The notes under the pieces are model-generated. The model saw nothing but the letters and a program-made list of their open reading frames with translations, had not been told where the DNA came from and ran no database searches. A stretch of DNA of 64,000 bases from an uncultured Bacteriovoracaceae bacterium. Its GTDB lineage: Bacteria; Bdellovibrionota; UBA1018. The translations under genes and the position numbers were made by a program. Below are positions 1-10,656 of the stretch, one piece after another (positions within the stretch are counted from its first letter, which is position 1; the number at the start of each line of letters is the position of its first letter). The DNA lies in assembly GCA_964358645.1 (NCBI GenBank), contig CAYHPW010000005.1, positions 18,663 through 82,662 on the forward strand. Direction: 5' to 3'.

Positions 1-112
1 TATTCGTGGCGGGCTTTCGGTTCTTGCCAATGGAGCAGAATTTTCAGAGCAGGGGACCAGTTTGTCACATAGAATCGTGGCTATAACTCCTGCGCTTTTA
101 TATTATTTCTGA
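1..112 (+). CDS. 3' end of a partial gene, possibly an outer-membrane beta-barrel protein
   Basis: Frame 2 is open from the window edge (IRGGLSVLANGAEFSEQGTSLSHRIVAITPALLYYF) to TGA at 110-112. A terminal Y-x-F is typical of the OMP beta-signal. Confidence 0.4.
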   Translation, partial: IRGGLSVLANGAEFSEQGTSLSHRIVAITPALLYYF

Positions 113-150
113 ATTCCAAAAAAGCCTATAAGCGGGTAATTACCAGATAG

Positions 151-2190
<2,040 letters not shown>

Positions 2191-2210
2191 AAAACTTAGT
2201 GGACGAGGTA

Positions 2211-2609
2211 CTAGCGGCGGGTCTTGTGTCCGCTTTCTTCAAGTTCTCGTATCAGCCTGTCCCAGCGCGTTTTATAGTTTTGATAACTCGCCTGTATCGT
2301 ATTGTAGCGGAACTGGTAAAAGGCCGTTGGTTTTTCAATCCGTTTGAGCATTGTCATTATTTGTTCAAGCTGCTGGCGCTTTTCTAATGGTGGGCGTGGC
2401 TCATTCCCGGAGCAATACATGTTATAAAGGTTGTTTAGTTGCTCCAATAGCGGCTCGGCATTCTTAAGAAGTTCGTCAATTTTTGTATGGCTAAATTCCA
2501 CCTGGTGTTTTTGTTCAAGATGTTTTGGTGGGGTATTTTCATGCTCTTTTTCGAGTTCGAGTTCACGTTGTCTTCGGCGTTTTCTGCCTTCCTCTTTTTC
2601 ATCCGGCAT
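2211..2609 (-). CDS. Hypothetical helical protein resembling the MXAN_5187 C-terminal domain
   Basis: Pattern LYNMYxxGxExRPP...QFRYNTIQASYQNYKTRWDRLIRELE. Start moved to the ATG at 2609 (MPDEKEE), which directly follows the radA stop at 2611. Confidence 0.55.
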   Translation of the reverse strand: MPDEKEEGRKRRRQRELELEKEHENTPPKHLEQKHQVEFSHTKIDELLKNAEPLLEQLNNLYNMYCSGNEPRPPLEKRQQLEQIMTMLKRIEKPTAFYQFRYNTIQASYQNYKTRWDRLIRELEESGHKTRR

Positions 2610-2610
2610 A

Positions 2611-4008
2611 TCAATAATTTTCCCTGTTTTTGCGAAGTAAGAGCGGCAAGTCATTAATTCTTTTAACTGTGACAAGCCTTATATTTTTGCACAATGACTT
2701 ATCCCCAGAAGATGATATCGCATCTTCTGGAATCACCGCTGTGGTGAAACCTAGTTTTGCGGCTTCTTCAATACGGGTTTGTATTTGTGAAACGCGCCTG
2801 ACCTCGCCTGTCAGGCCAATCTCGCCTATGAATATCCAACTATGCGGCAGTGGTACGTCCTCGTGGCTTGACCAGATTGCCGCGGCGGCAGCCAGATCGC
2901 AAGCTGGTTCATTAAGTTTTAATCCACCTGCGACATTGAAGAAAAGGTCCTGATGGGACAGAGGGAGCTTCATATGCTTTTCCAATATTGCTGCAATAAG
3001 TGAAATACGTGCGGATTCAAGACCGACGGATGTTCGTCTAGGTACCACTAGGCCGGATGTGGTTGTCAGCGCCTGTAATTCAACAAGCAAGGGCCTTGAT
3101 CCCTCCAGTGAGGAGCATATCGCTGTACCTGGAACGGGTTCCCTTCTTTCGCTCAAGAAAATAGAAGAAGCGTTTTGTACCTCCTTTAACCCGTTCTGTG
3201 TCATTTCAAAAATACCGAGTTCGCGAGTGCTGCCAAATCTGTTTTTTACCGCGCGGAGCAGCCTGTAGCTTTGCCCGGTATCTGTTTCGAAATATAAAAC
3301 CGTGTCCACCATGTGTTCGACGGTTTTTGGCCCTGCAATACTGCCATCCTTGGTGACATGGCCGACCAGCCATATTGAAACATGCGCTGATTTTGCCGCG
3401 GTCATAAGGCGCATTGCTACTTCACGGACCTGGCTGACGCTGCCAGGCGTGGATTCAAGCTCGGTGACCGAAAATGTCTGAAGCGAATCCATCATTATTA
3501 CGTTCGGTGAAAGTTCTTTCATCATGGCGAAAATCTGCTCAAGCTTGGTTTCTGATGCCAGAAAAACTCTGGCGTCGCCTTTAAGGGAGAGCCGTTTTGC
3601 CCGTGATCTGATTTGATCGAAGGATTCTTCACCGCTGACATACAGGATTTTTAATGAGGAGTTTGATTCCGAAAGGCCTTTGGCCACCTGAAGAAGAATT
3701 GTACTTTTCCCTATACCTGGATCTCCGCCAAGCAGTACGAAGCTGTCAGGCACTAACCCACCGCCAAGCACACGATCGATTTCACTGAGACCTGTTTTTA
3801 TGCGTTCTGTCCTGGATCCGCATTCATCATCTAATGGAACCCAGCCTTTGCCCGTGCCGAGTTCTTGGTTGACCGCGGCCTGGCTTGAAGCTGGCTTCGC
3901 CACTTCCTCAACGAAGCAGTCCCACGTGCCGCACTCGTGACAGCGGCCCATCCATTTCGGGGCGATATATCCGCAGGTTTGACAAGTGTATTGTGTTCTA
4001 ATTTTCAT
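2611..4008 (-). CDS. radA: DNA repair protein RadA/Sms
   Basis: N-terminal CQTC...CHEC zinc finger, Walker A GDPGIGKST, KNRFG motif and a Lon-like C-terminal domain. The likely start is ATG 4008 (MKIRTQY), overlapping the glpK stop. Confidence 0.98.
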   Translation of the reverse strand: MKIRTQYTCQTCGYIAPKWMGRCHECGTWDCFVEEVAKPASSQAAVNQELGTGKGWVPLDDECGSRTERIKTGLSEIDRVLGGGLVPDSFVLLGGDPGIGKSTILLQVAKGLSESNSSLKILYVSGEESFDQIRSRAKRLSLKGDARVFLASETKLEQIFAMMKELSPNVIMMDSLQTFSVTELESTPGSVSQVREVAMRLMTAAKSAHVSIWLVGHVTKDGSIAGPKTVEHMVDTVLYFETDTGQSYRLLRAVKNRFGSTRELGIFEMTQNGLKEVQNASSIFLSERREPVPGTAICSSLEGSRPLLVELQALTTTSGLVVPRRTSVGLESARISLIAAILEKHMKLPLSHQDLFFNVAGGLKLNEPACDLAAAAAIWSSHEDVPLPHSWIFIGEIGLTGEVRRVSQIQTRIEEAAKLGFTTAVIPEDAISSSGDKSLCKNIRLVTVKRINDLPLLLRKNRENY

Positions 4009-5491
4009 TAGCGACGTTCCGCGTGACTTTGTTGATGGCATGTTTCCATTTTTTTAATGCTTCCATGCGCTCCTCGGTACCTATTTTTGGGATAAATGAA
4101 CGTTCCTCTTTCCATGTACGTTCGATGTCGGCCATGTCACTCCAGAGGCCGGCTCCTAAACCAGCAGCAAAGACTGCTCCAAGGCTGGTCGTCTCGAGAA
4201 AATGAGGTCTCCTCAATGGAACACCTAATATATCCGCTTGGAATTGCATCAAAAGATTATTTGCAGCCGCGCCGCCATCGACATTTAAACTCTTAAGAGG
4301 CTTTCCCATGTCTTTTTCCATCGCAGAAAGTATATCGGCATTTTGAAAAGCTATGCCTTCAAGCACAGCGCGCGTAATATGTCCTCGGTTAGTTCCCCTG
4401 GTAATTCCAGTAAACATACCAGTCGCATCTGGGTCCCAGTAAGGAGCGCCTAGGCCTGTTAAGGCTGGAACAAAAACAACTCCGTCCGAGGATGGTACGG
4501 ATGCGGCAAGCGCTTCTATCTCGGATGATTCATTAATGAAACGTAAACCGTCGCGTACCCATTGGACTGCGGCACCGGCAATAAATGCACTCCCTTCAAG
4601 CGCATAAGTGTAATTTTCATTGTTCAGCGCCCATGCAATTGTAGAAAGCAGCCTGTGTTTACTCCTCGCTGGTTTATGCCCGGTGTTCAGCAGGAGGAAG
4701 GCCCCTGTTCCGTAAGTGCATTTTGCAGTTCCCTCCTTGGTACAGGCTTGACCTAAAAGTGCGGCCTGCTGATCTCCTAGTATTCCGGTGATCGGGATGC
4801 CGTCAGGAAGGGCTGGAAATTTTCTTGTTACTGCGAATGTTCCAACGGAGGGATATACTTCGGGCCATATTTCAATCGGTATACCAAGGGTTTTACATAA
4901 ATCATTATCCCACTTGTGTTTCGTAAGGTGGAAACACAAGGTTCTTGAAGCATTACTCGGCTCAGTCGCGTGTATGCCCCCCGAAAGACGGGCTAGCAGA
5001 TAACTGTCGACGGTTCCAACTGCCAATCGTCCGGAGTTGTATGCCGACCTGACTTGTTGCCAGTTTTTTAGTGCCCAATTAACCTTAGTACCGGAGAAAT
5101 AAGGATCTAGCAGGAGACCTGTGGCTTCTTGAAAAAAAGATTCTTTTTCATCTTTTTTAAGAGAACCGCATATGTCGGTCGTTCTCCGGTCCTGCCAAAC
5201 AATGGCATTAGCAATAGGCTCCATGGTTTTCTTGTCCCAGAAGCATACTGTTTCTCGCTGATTAGTTATGCCTATTGCAATGATTTTTCTGATATCAATA
5301 TGTTTGGTTACTTCGCGGACAGTTTGAATGACTGTTGTCCATATCTCACTAGGGTCATGTTCAACCCACCCCGGTTTTGGGAAATGCTGATCAAAATCAA
5401 CGGTAGCCTCGGATACCCTGTTTAAGTTCGTATCCATCAGCAGTGAGGTGGTACCGGTTGTTCCTTGGTCAATAGCTAGAATATATTCCAC
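3998..5491 (-). CDS. glpK: Glycerol kinase
   Basis: FGGY motifs: IDQGTTGT, GITNQRET, WQDRRT, DPYFSGTK, GDQQAAL, KCTYGTG, GLGAPYW, VDGGA. Confidence 0.97.
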   Translation of the reverse strand: MEYILAIDQGTTGTTSLLMDTNLNRVSEATVDFDQHFPKPGWVEHDPSEIWTTVIQTVREVTKHIDIRKIIAIGITNQRETVCFWDKKTMEPIANAIVWQDRRTTDICGSLKKDEKESFFQEATGLLLDPYFSGTKVNWALKNWQQVRSAYNSGRLAVGTVDSYLLARLSGGIHATEPSNASRTLCFHLTKHKWDNDLCKTLGIPIEIWPEVYPSVGTFAVTRKFPALPDGIPITGILGDQQAALLGQACTKEGTAKCTYGTGAFLLLNTGHKPARSKHRLLSTIAWALNNENYTYALEGSAFIAGAAVQWVRDGLRFINESSEIEALAASVPSSDGVVFVPALTGLGAPYWDPDATGMFTGITRGTNRGHITRAVLEGIAFQNADILSAMEKDMGKPLKSLNVDGGAAANNLLMQFQADILGVPLRRPHFLETTSLGAVFAAGLGAGLWSDMADIERTWKEERSFIPKIGTEERMEALKKWKHAINKVTRNVANEN

Positions 5492-5644
5492 AATTAACTG
5501 ATACCTTTCGGCGGGCTTGCGATCAAGGGTTAGTGCCGAAGGTTGTTGCTAACCGGAGTATGTTCCTCCAGAATTCTTATTAAGGCAGCATTTGATTAGC
5601 TGAGACATTTCACTTAAACTTTAGTCAACTTGGAAAATTATAAC

Positions 5645-7132
5645 ATGGATGGAATTGAAGAAAAAAAGTGGTTTCTTTATATGGCGGATCACCACGAGGG
5701 CCCGTTTTCACTCGAGGAGATTAAAGGCAAATTAAGTGAAGGCCGAGCCTCAACTTTAAGTTATGTTTGGAAGGAAGGTATGCCTGATTGGCAAGTTATG
5801 TCAGATTTGACTGATTTTGAGGAAATCATCGCGTCAGTCACACCTCCGGAACCTGTTCTAATAGAGCCAGACGCAGCGCCACTGCTTGTGTCAAAACAAA
5901 AGGATAAAAAAGATATTGAATTCTGCATGCCTAATGAGCTGTTAGAGAATTTGGAAGGCTCTCAAGGGCGTTCAGCCGAGAAATCCGGGATAATTAGGCG
6001 ATTGCTTCCTGTTGTGGGAATAGTCTTGGTGCTGGGCATAGCAGCGATGGTGTATTTTTCTGGTTTGGGTCATGGTCTTGGAGAGAAACAAGGATTCATA
6101 TTGAAAGTGATAGATGTATTTCCTCTCGCAGGTAAATGGATTTCTCCTATTCCAGCCATAAATGATGTCAGTCAGGAAGAATATAACGCGCTTAGGGAAG
6201 CAGCACGCCTCAAAATAGATCAAGCTTCACCGCGGATCGGGATGGCTTTGTCAATGGCTAGTCCTGAAAAACCATTTTTCTATTTATCCGCCAATTTGCC
6301 TGATGGCGCTATTTTTGATGTCAGCATTAACGGTGTTGAAGGGACAATGGCTGGCCAAGTTGCATTTTCCTGGAAGGGTAAAATTATTCTGGCAGGACGG
6401 CTGGGAAAGTCTGAAGTGATAGCGCTTAATGATGGAAGACCTATACCACGTGGCGAATATTCATTATCCATAAAAGAGGCGGATAACCAGCTCCCCGCAG
6501 TTTCAACCGTATTGGAAACACTTAAGCCCGAAGCTTCCAGTGTCATCGATACCAATATTGCCACTGGCGATGCGGCAGGTAAGATATTTATTGAAAAAAC
6601 TTATTTTTTAGGCGGTGCTAAGGATGCTGAGTATGCCGCAAAATTAAAAGAATTTCATGAGTCCATGCGCGCCAAGGCAGCGCATGAGTTTGAAGAAATA
6701 AAGCAGTTTTTAGCCACCATTGAAAGCCAGCAAAACGAGTCAACCGTGGCATTCAATGATTTACGAAGGAAGGGTAATAAGGCCACTTTTGTGACAAAAG
6801 GCGCCTGGTTGAAATACCATGACAAATGGGAAGGGCTTGAAAACAAACTTAGAGAAGCTTTCCAACGCTGGACGCAAGACGTGCTGGAAAAAGAATATTT
6901 TTATGGAGTGCTTTATCTGATGCTACGTCAGGTCGGAGAGGCATTAGACAAACTTCACGATGTGCAACATTCATTTTTTACCAAACCGGTTGAACCGCAG
7001 GCTTTTGAGATTCAACTCGGTGAAGCATCGTCGCTAATGCAAAGCACTGTTATGGCGTTGAAAACAAAAATAGAACAAGCAGAGAAAATTCCTCCCACCA
7101 CAACTGGGATGCCTAGAAAAGAGGGCCTATGA
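5645..7132 (+). CDS. GYF_2 (DUF4339) domain bitopic membrane protein
   Basis: N-terminal WF...GPFS.EE.......VWKEGMPDW GYF_2 signature, one TM segment (LLPVVGIVLVLGIAAMVYF) and a large C-terminal region. ATG 5645 preferred over TTG 5630. Confidence 0.8.
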   Translation: MDGIEEKKWFLYMADHHEGPFSLEEIKGKLSEGRASTLSYVWKEGMPDWQVMSDLTDFEEIIASVTPPEPVLIEPDAAPLLVSKQKDKKDIEFCMPNELLENLEGSQGRSAEKSGIIRRLLPVVGIVLVLGIAAMVYFSGLGHGLGEKQGFILKVIDVFPLAGKWISPIPAINDVSQEEYNALREAARLKIDQASPRIGMALSMASPEKPFFYLSANLPDGAIFDVSINGVEGTMAGQVAFSWKGKIILAGRLGKSEVIALNDGRPIPRGEYSLSIKEADNQLPAVSTVLETLKPEASSVIDTNIATGDAAGKIFIEKTYFLGGAKDAEYAAKLKEFHESMRAKAAHEFEEIKQFLATIESQQNESTVAFNDLRRKGNKATFVTKGAWLKYHDKWEGLENKLREAFQRWTQDVLEKEYFYGVLYLMLRQVGEALDKLHDVQHSFFTKPVEPQAFEIQLGEASSLMQSTVMALKTKIEQAEKIPPTTTGMPRKEGL

Positions 7133-7542
7133 GCCAACCCGTAAAAACAATGGCTGAGCGCCGCCTCGCAAAGCGAAGACCAATACTAGAAACCTTTTCG
7201 ATTTTTGTGGTAGTGCCAAAAAAAGGCGTGCACAGATTGAAGCTTGGCGATCTGAGTGAGATAGGGATCGGCTTTGACTTGGATATAGAAGGAGAACCGC
7301 AGGCTGGTTTCCCCATGGCTAGTGGCGGTGAAATCGGTTTGCGCCTTTACCTGAATCAATCACTTTATCTGCCTCTTGTTGTTAAAGTCGTGCGGGTTGA
7401 GAAGCGCGAGGGATTCCGCCGTGTTGGAGCGACTTTTTCTGACGCCGGAGGCAAGGTGCATAACGCGCTCGTTTCGTTTTTACACATGCTTGACGATGTT
7501 ATTGATGTCGCAAAAATTGAAACGCAGCCGGCCAAGATATAG
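7129..7542 (+). CDS. PilZ domain protein (c-di-GMP receptor)
   Basis: RxxxR (RLAKR) and DxSxxG (DLSEIG) motifs. ATGA overlap with the upstream gene. Confidence 0.8.
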   Translation: MSQPVKTMAERRLAKRRPILETFSIFVVVPKKGVHRLKLGDLSEIGIGFDLDIEGEPQAGFPMASGGEIGLRLYLNQSLYLPLVVKVVRVEKREGFRRVGATFSDAGGKVHNALVSFLHMLDDVIDVAKIETQPAKI

Positions 7543-7557
7543 GAAAAATCTGCTTAT

Positions 7558-7584
7558 TTAGGGCCTCTCTCTTGCTTCCGATAA
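7558..7584 (+). promoter_or_regulatory. Putative FliA/sigma28-type promoter
   Basis: TTAGG-N14-TCCGATAA upstream of the AGGAGG Shine-Dalgarno and ATG 7609. Confidence 0.45.
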
Positions 7585-7608
7585 AGTCCTTAGCAGGAGG
7601 GCTTAAAA

Positions 7609-8094
7609 ATGTCGGAAGAGAGCGGGCGCGCAGGCCAATCAACGGAGTTAAAACAAGTAATTGACTTCAATGAAGCCCGTGCGCAGAAACTTGCAGAAAA
7701 AAGACGGAAAACTGAGCGTATTTTCTTCAAGCACCTTTTAAATGTTTATTCGGTGGTTGGTAAGTCGACCATGTATCCTATAGAGCTTATTGAAGTGAGC
7801 GAAGAAGGGTGTTCGTTTCAAGTTCCGTTCGAACCGAAGCATCCATGGCCGACCGACTTAGCAGATATCCCTCTAAGACTTTATTTCAGTCAGGACACTT
7901 ATCTTGAGATCATGGTTAAAATACAAAACTCAAAGCCATTCATTGACCGCAATGGAAGGTCCATCAGATTTGGTTGTTTGGTGGATAAAACGGTTGCTTC
8001 TTATGCAGCATACAGACAGTTTGTATTTTTTCTAAAGTCGTATGCTGAACACGCACGTAAAGACTTAGGCGACGTTACGGTATTTTACATTTAA
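7609..8094 (+). CDS. PilZ domain protein with variant second motif
   Basis: RKTER (RxxxR) and EVSEEG (E in place of D/N), a PilZ-like beta pattern ending RFGC, and a strong SD (AGGAGG). Confidence 0.7.
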   Translation: MSEESGRAGQSTELKQVIDFNEARAQKLAEKRRKTERIFFKHLLNVYSVVGKSTMYPIELIEVSEEGCSFQVPFEPKHPWPTDLADIPLRLYFSQDTYLEIMVKIQNSKPFIDRNGRSIRFGCLVDKTVASYAAYRQFVFFLKSYAEHARKDLGDVTVFYI

Positions 8095-8123
8095 TCCCGG
8101 CTCGCTGGAGATCCCATCTTTTA

Positions 8124-8165
8124 TTTTTGAGGTATTTTTAAGGTATTTAAAGGTCTTTTTAAGGC
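8124..8165. repeat. Four imperfect 10-11 bp tandem repeats (TTTT[T]AAGGT[A]-like)
   Basis: TTTTTGAGGTA / TTTTTAAGGTA / TTTAAAGGTC / TTTTTAAGGC, with AGG cores at 8130, 8141, 8151 and 8162. Confidence 0.6.
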
Positions 8166-8221
8166 TGTCCGCTGTTAATGCCTGCGATAAGTTAAAACAA
8201 TGGCGGCTGTATTTTTAAAAC

Positions 8222-8434
8222 TCAGGAGGTTCCTGTTATCTTGAAAATTTTACCTTTGATGGCGGATGAAACTTTGGTGCTTATCCCGTTTTCAGGAAGT
8301 GAGCCCACAAAAACATCTTCACCGATCAAAGAGAACACGAACCAGCGATTACCCATTTTTTGATAAAGGACCTCAATAGTATCGTTTACTGCTGGTCCAA
8401 GCTTGGTTTCATTCTGTGGCAGTTTTGTATCCAT
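8222..8434 (-). CDS. Small hypothetical protein
   Basis: 70-aa ORF filling the gap, with a beta-rich core (EVLYQKMGNRWFVFSLIGEDVFVG) and a FliA-like motif just upstream. Confidence 0.6.
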   Translation of the reverse strand: MDTKLPQNETKLGPAVNDTIEVLYQKMGNRWFVFSLIGEDVFVGSLPENGISTKVSSAIKGKIFKITGTS

Positions 8435-8441
8435 GTAGACA

Positions 8442-8469
8442 TATTCGGAGTGTTCGACTTATATCTTTA
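8442..8469 (-). promoter_or_regulatory. Putative FliA/sigma28-type promoter
   Basis: Minus strand reads TAAAG-N15-TCCGAATA, ending 7 nt before ATG 8434. Confidence 0.4.
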
Positions 8470-8484
8470 TATGGGCAAATAATG

Positions 8485-9465
8485 CTAGGTTTTGATGGAG
8501 TCGTATGCGGTGACTTTATTGCGCCCAGATTGTTTGGAATAATATAGGGCCTTATCAGCAGCTTCTAGTACTCCTTCTGGGGTTTCCGCATCTTTTGGGT
8601 AGCCAGCGATGCCTATGCTTAATGAAACTCTTCCGAGGGGCTGGTACTCGCTGAATGGAAATTTACGTTCCGCTATGACGTAGCGTATGCGTTCTGCGAG
8701 CGAAAAAGCCTCTTTTGCCGATGTTTCAGGGCACAGAATTACGAATTCTTCACCGCCGTATCTTGCTGCGAGGTCGGTGTCGCGGCAATTTGTAGCTATA
8801 ATATTTGAAATTTGCCTCAATAGGCCATCCCCTGCGGGATGCCCATTTCGATCGTTGTAATGCTTGAAGTTGTCCGCATCAAAGAAAATCACGGAATATT
8901 CGCTGTTGTAGCGGGCCGCGCGAGCATGTTCAGCTTGTATGTGTCCTTTAAAATGCCTGAAATTAAAAAGCTTTGTGAGTTCATCCGTAGTGGAAAGCGC
9001 TTCTAGTTTCTTATTTAGGATTTCTAGTTCTGCTATGTAACCACGGATTCTTTCCTGCGTTTCGCGTTCCTGGGTGATATCCCGCAAAATAGCCTGTATT
9101 GCTTCGTTGCCGTCGCTTAGTTTCATCATGCATGCAACGACTCGCACATAGATATTTCTTCCATCAGGGCATTGCCATTGTGTTTCGTATTCACGCGGAT
9201 AATAGCGTCGTTTGGCTATCCGCATGCTTTTTTCAAATTCAGGCCCTTGTTCCTTGATCACCCATGTAAAGATTGAGGAACCCAAAATAGAGTCCTTGGG
9301 AATCCCTAGCAGTCTTTCGGCGGAATCATTTGCATCAAGGATAGTCATGGATTCAGGATTTATCAGCACTACTGTGTCAAGCATGCGCTCAAAAAGATCA
9401 GCATAATTTGCCAGCGTGGAAAGTCTGGTTATCTCTTCTGTGCGCGGTGATTCGCCTTCACTCAT
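8485..9465 (-). CDS. PAS-GGDEF diguanylate cyclase
   Basis: N-terminal PAS domain, coiled linker, TDELT, DADNFKHYND..GH..GD, I-site RDTD and active site RYGGEEF. Confidence 0.95.
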   Translation of the reverse strand: MSEGESPRTEEITRLSTLANYADLFERMLDTVVLINPESMTILDANDSAERLLGIPKDSILGSSIFTWVIKEQGPEFEKSMRIAKRRYYPREYETQWQCPDGRNIYVRVVACMMKLSDGNEAIQAILRDITQERETQERIRGYIAELEILNKKLEALSTTDELTKLFNFRHFKGHIQAEHARAARYNSEYSVIFFDADNFKHYNDRNGHPAGDGLLRQISNIIATNCRDTDLAARYGGEEFVILCPETSAKEAFSLAERIRYVIAERKFPFSEYQPLGRVSLSIGIAGYPKDAETPEGVLEAADKALYYSKQSGRNKVTAYDSIKT

Positions 9466-9473
9466 TCACTATC

Positions 9474-9500
9474 TTTTCGGCGCGAAATGGCTTAGCTTGA
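9474..9500 (-). promoter_or_regulatory. Putative FliA/sigma28-type promoter of the diguanylate cyclase
   Basis: Minus strand reads TCAAG-N14-GCCGAAAA, ending 8 nt before ATG 9465. Confidence 0.55.
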
Positions 9501-9526
9501 ATTTTTACCAATGGATCTGCTATAGT
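9497..9526 (+). promoter_or_regulatory. Putative sigma70 promoter of tRNA-Ser
   Basis: TTGAAT-N18-TATAGT with an extended -10 (TGc), 10 nt before the tRNA. Confidence 0.55.
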
Positions 9527-9536
9527 TTTTCTTTAT

Positions 9537-9624
9537 GGAGAGATGGCCGAGTTGGTCGAAGGCACTCCCTTGCTAAGGGAGCAGTGGGTAAAACCGCTCG
9601 TGAGTTCGAATCTCACTCTCTCCG
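9537..9624 (+). tRNA. tRNA-Ser(GCT)
   Basis: Acceptor stem GGAGAGA/TCTCTCC with discriminator G, D-loop containing TGG, anticodon arm CTCCC-TTGCTAA-GGGAG, long variable arm, T-arm GTGAG-TTCGAAT-CTCAC. CCA is not encoded. Confidence 0.97.
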
Positions 9625-9783
9625 TACGTATAAAACTTCCAGGATCTTCACCATTAACAGGGGCAGGGATCTGTGCAGAAAGTGCTACCTTATTGACCTA
9701 TAAGTAAAAACGTCACATGATTATAAAATATGTGCCAAGTAACCTTGACGCACATTGTTTCTAAAAAATGATAAGATTCACAT

Positions 9784-10656
9784 ATGCAATCAAAAATTAT
9801 CCCCCCGACTGAAGTCGTAACAAATTTCAAGGGAGCATTTTTAGAAGTATGTTACCGTGGATATTCAGCTCTTGGTAGAACCCCACATAAAGTATCTGAT
9901 CAGGCCAGGAAGTGGCATTACGAACCAAGCTATCCTCCGTGTTACTATGCACAAGCCCGGTACCGTTTTTTAAAAACACTGGCTATTGCTAAAAGTATGC
10001 ACTTCAAAAGTGTTTTAGAAGTGGCAGCTGGCGGAGGCTTTAATGGTATTTGCCTGCATGAACCCGGCAGGCGCACTGTCCTTAACGACATGCGTTTTCT
10101 AGATGAAGAGATTAAAGCTTGGCCCAACAGCGAGGACATAGAAATAATTATTGGCAATCTATTAGAATTGGATCCAAAAAAAATAGGACACTTTGATTTA
10201 GTGATGGCATGCGAAGTTATTGAACACGTGGCACACGGTGACGAATTAATCGAGCACCTTAGAAAATTTTTAAATCCTGCCGGAAAACTATTAATAACAA
10301 CCCCCAACGGAGCTTACTTTAGATCTAAACTATCAACTTATTCGGAAGTGAGCAATTTTTCAGAGCTTGAGAAACGCCAGTTTAAACCAGACGCTGATGG
10401 GCACCTTTATCTATACACGCCTGAGGAAATTACGGAGCTTCTTAAAAAGACAGGTTTTCATGACATACAAGTAGACCTATCAATCACACCATGGCTTTCT
10501 GGGCATATGGGAATGCGATTACTGCCGTCTTCTAGATCTCTGACGTCGTTTTATTTTAAGTTAGACAAACTTTCTATGAAACTAGGGTTTTCGGTTCAGC
10601 GCAAATTATGCACACAAATGATAATAGTGGCCAGCCAGACAAAAGGTTGTAGATGA
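9784..10656 (+). CDS. Class I SAM-dependent methyltransferase
   Basis: Motif I variant VLEVAAGGG, FDLVMACEVIEHV, LNPAGKLLITTPN. Confidence 0.9.
   Translation: MQSKIIPPTEVVTNFKGAFLEVCYRGYSALGRTPHKVSDQARKWHYEPSYPPCYYAQARYRFLKTLAIAKSMHFKSVLEVAAGGGFNGICLHEPGRRTVLNDMRFLDEEIKAWPNSEDIEIIIGNLLELDPKKIGHFDLVMACEVIEHVAHGDELIEHLRKFLNPAGKLLITTPNGAYFRSKLSTYSEVSNFSELEKRQFKPDADGHLYLYTPEEITELLKKTGFHDIQVDLSITPWLSGHMGMRLLPSSRSLTSFYFKLDKLSMKLGFSVQRKLCTQMIIVASQTKGCR

Noticed and set aside
5503-5543. Hairpin ACCTTTCGGC...GCCGAAGGT upstream of glpK as a riboswitch or antiterminator
   Set aside because: A single bulged stem with no U tract and no recognisable aptamer motif; could be chance.
8124-8165. Possible CRISPR array or CsrB-like RNA
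   Set aside because: The units are only 10-11 bp with no spacers, and the cores are AGGT/AGGC rather than GGA in hairpin loops.
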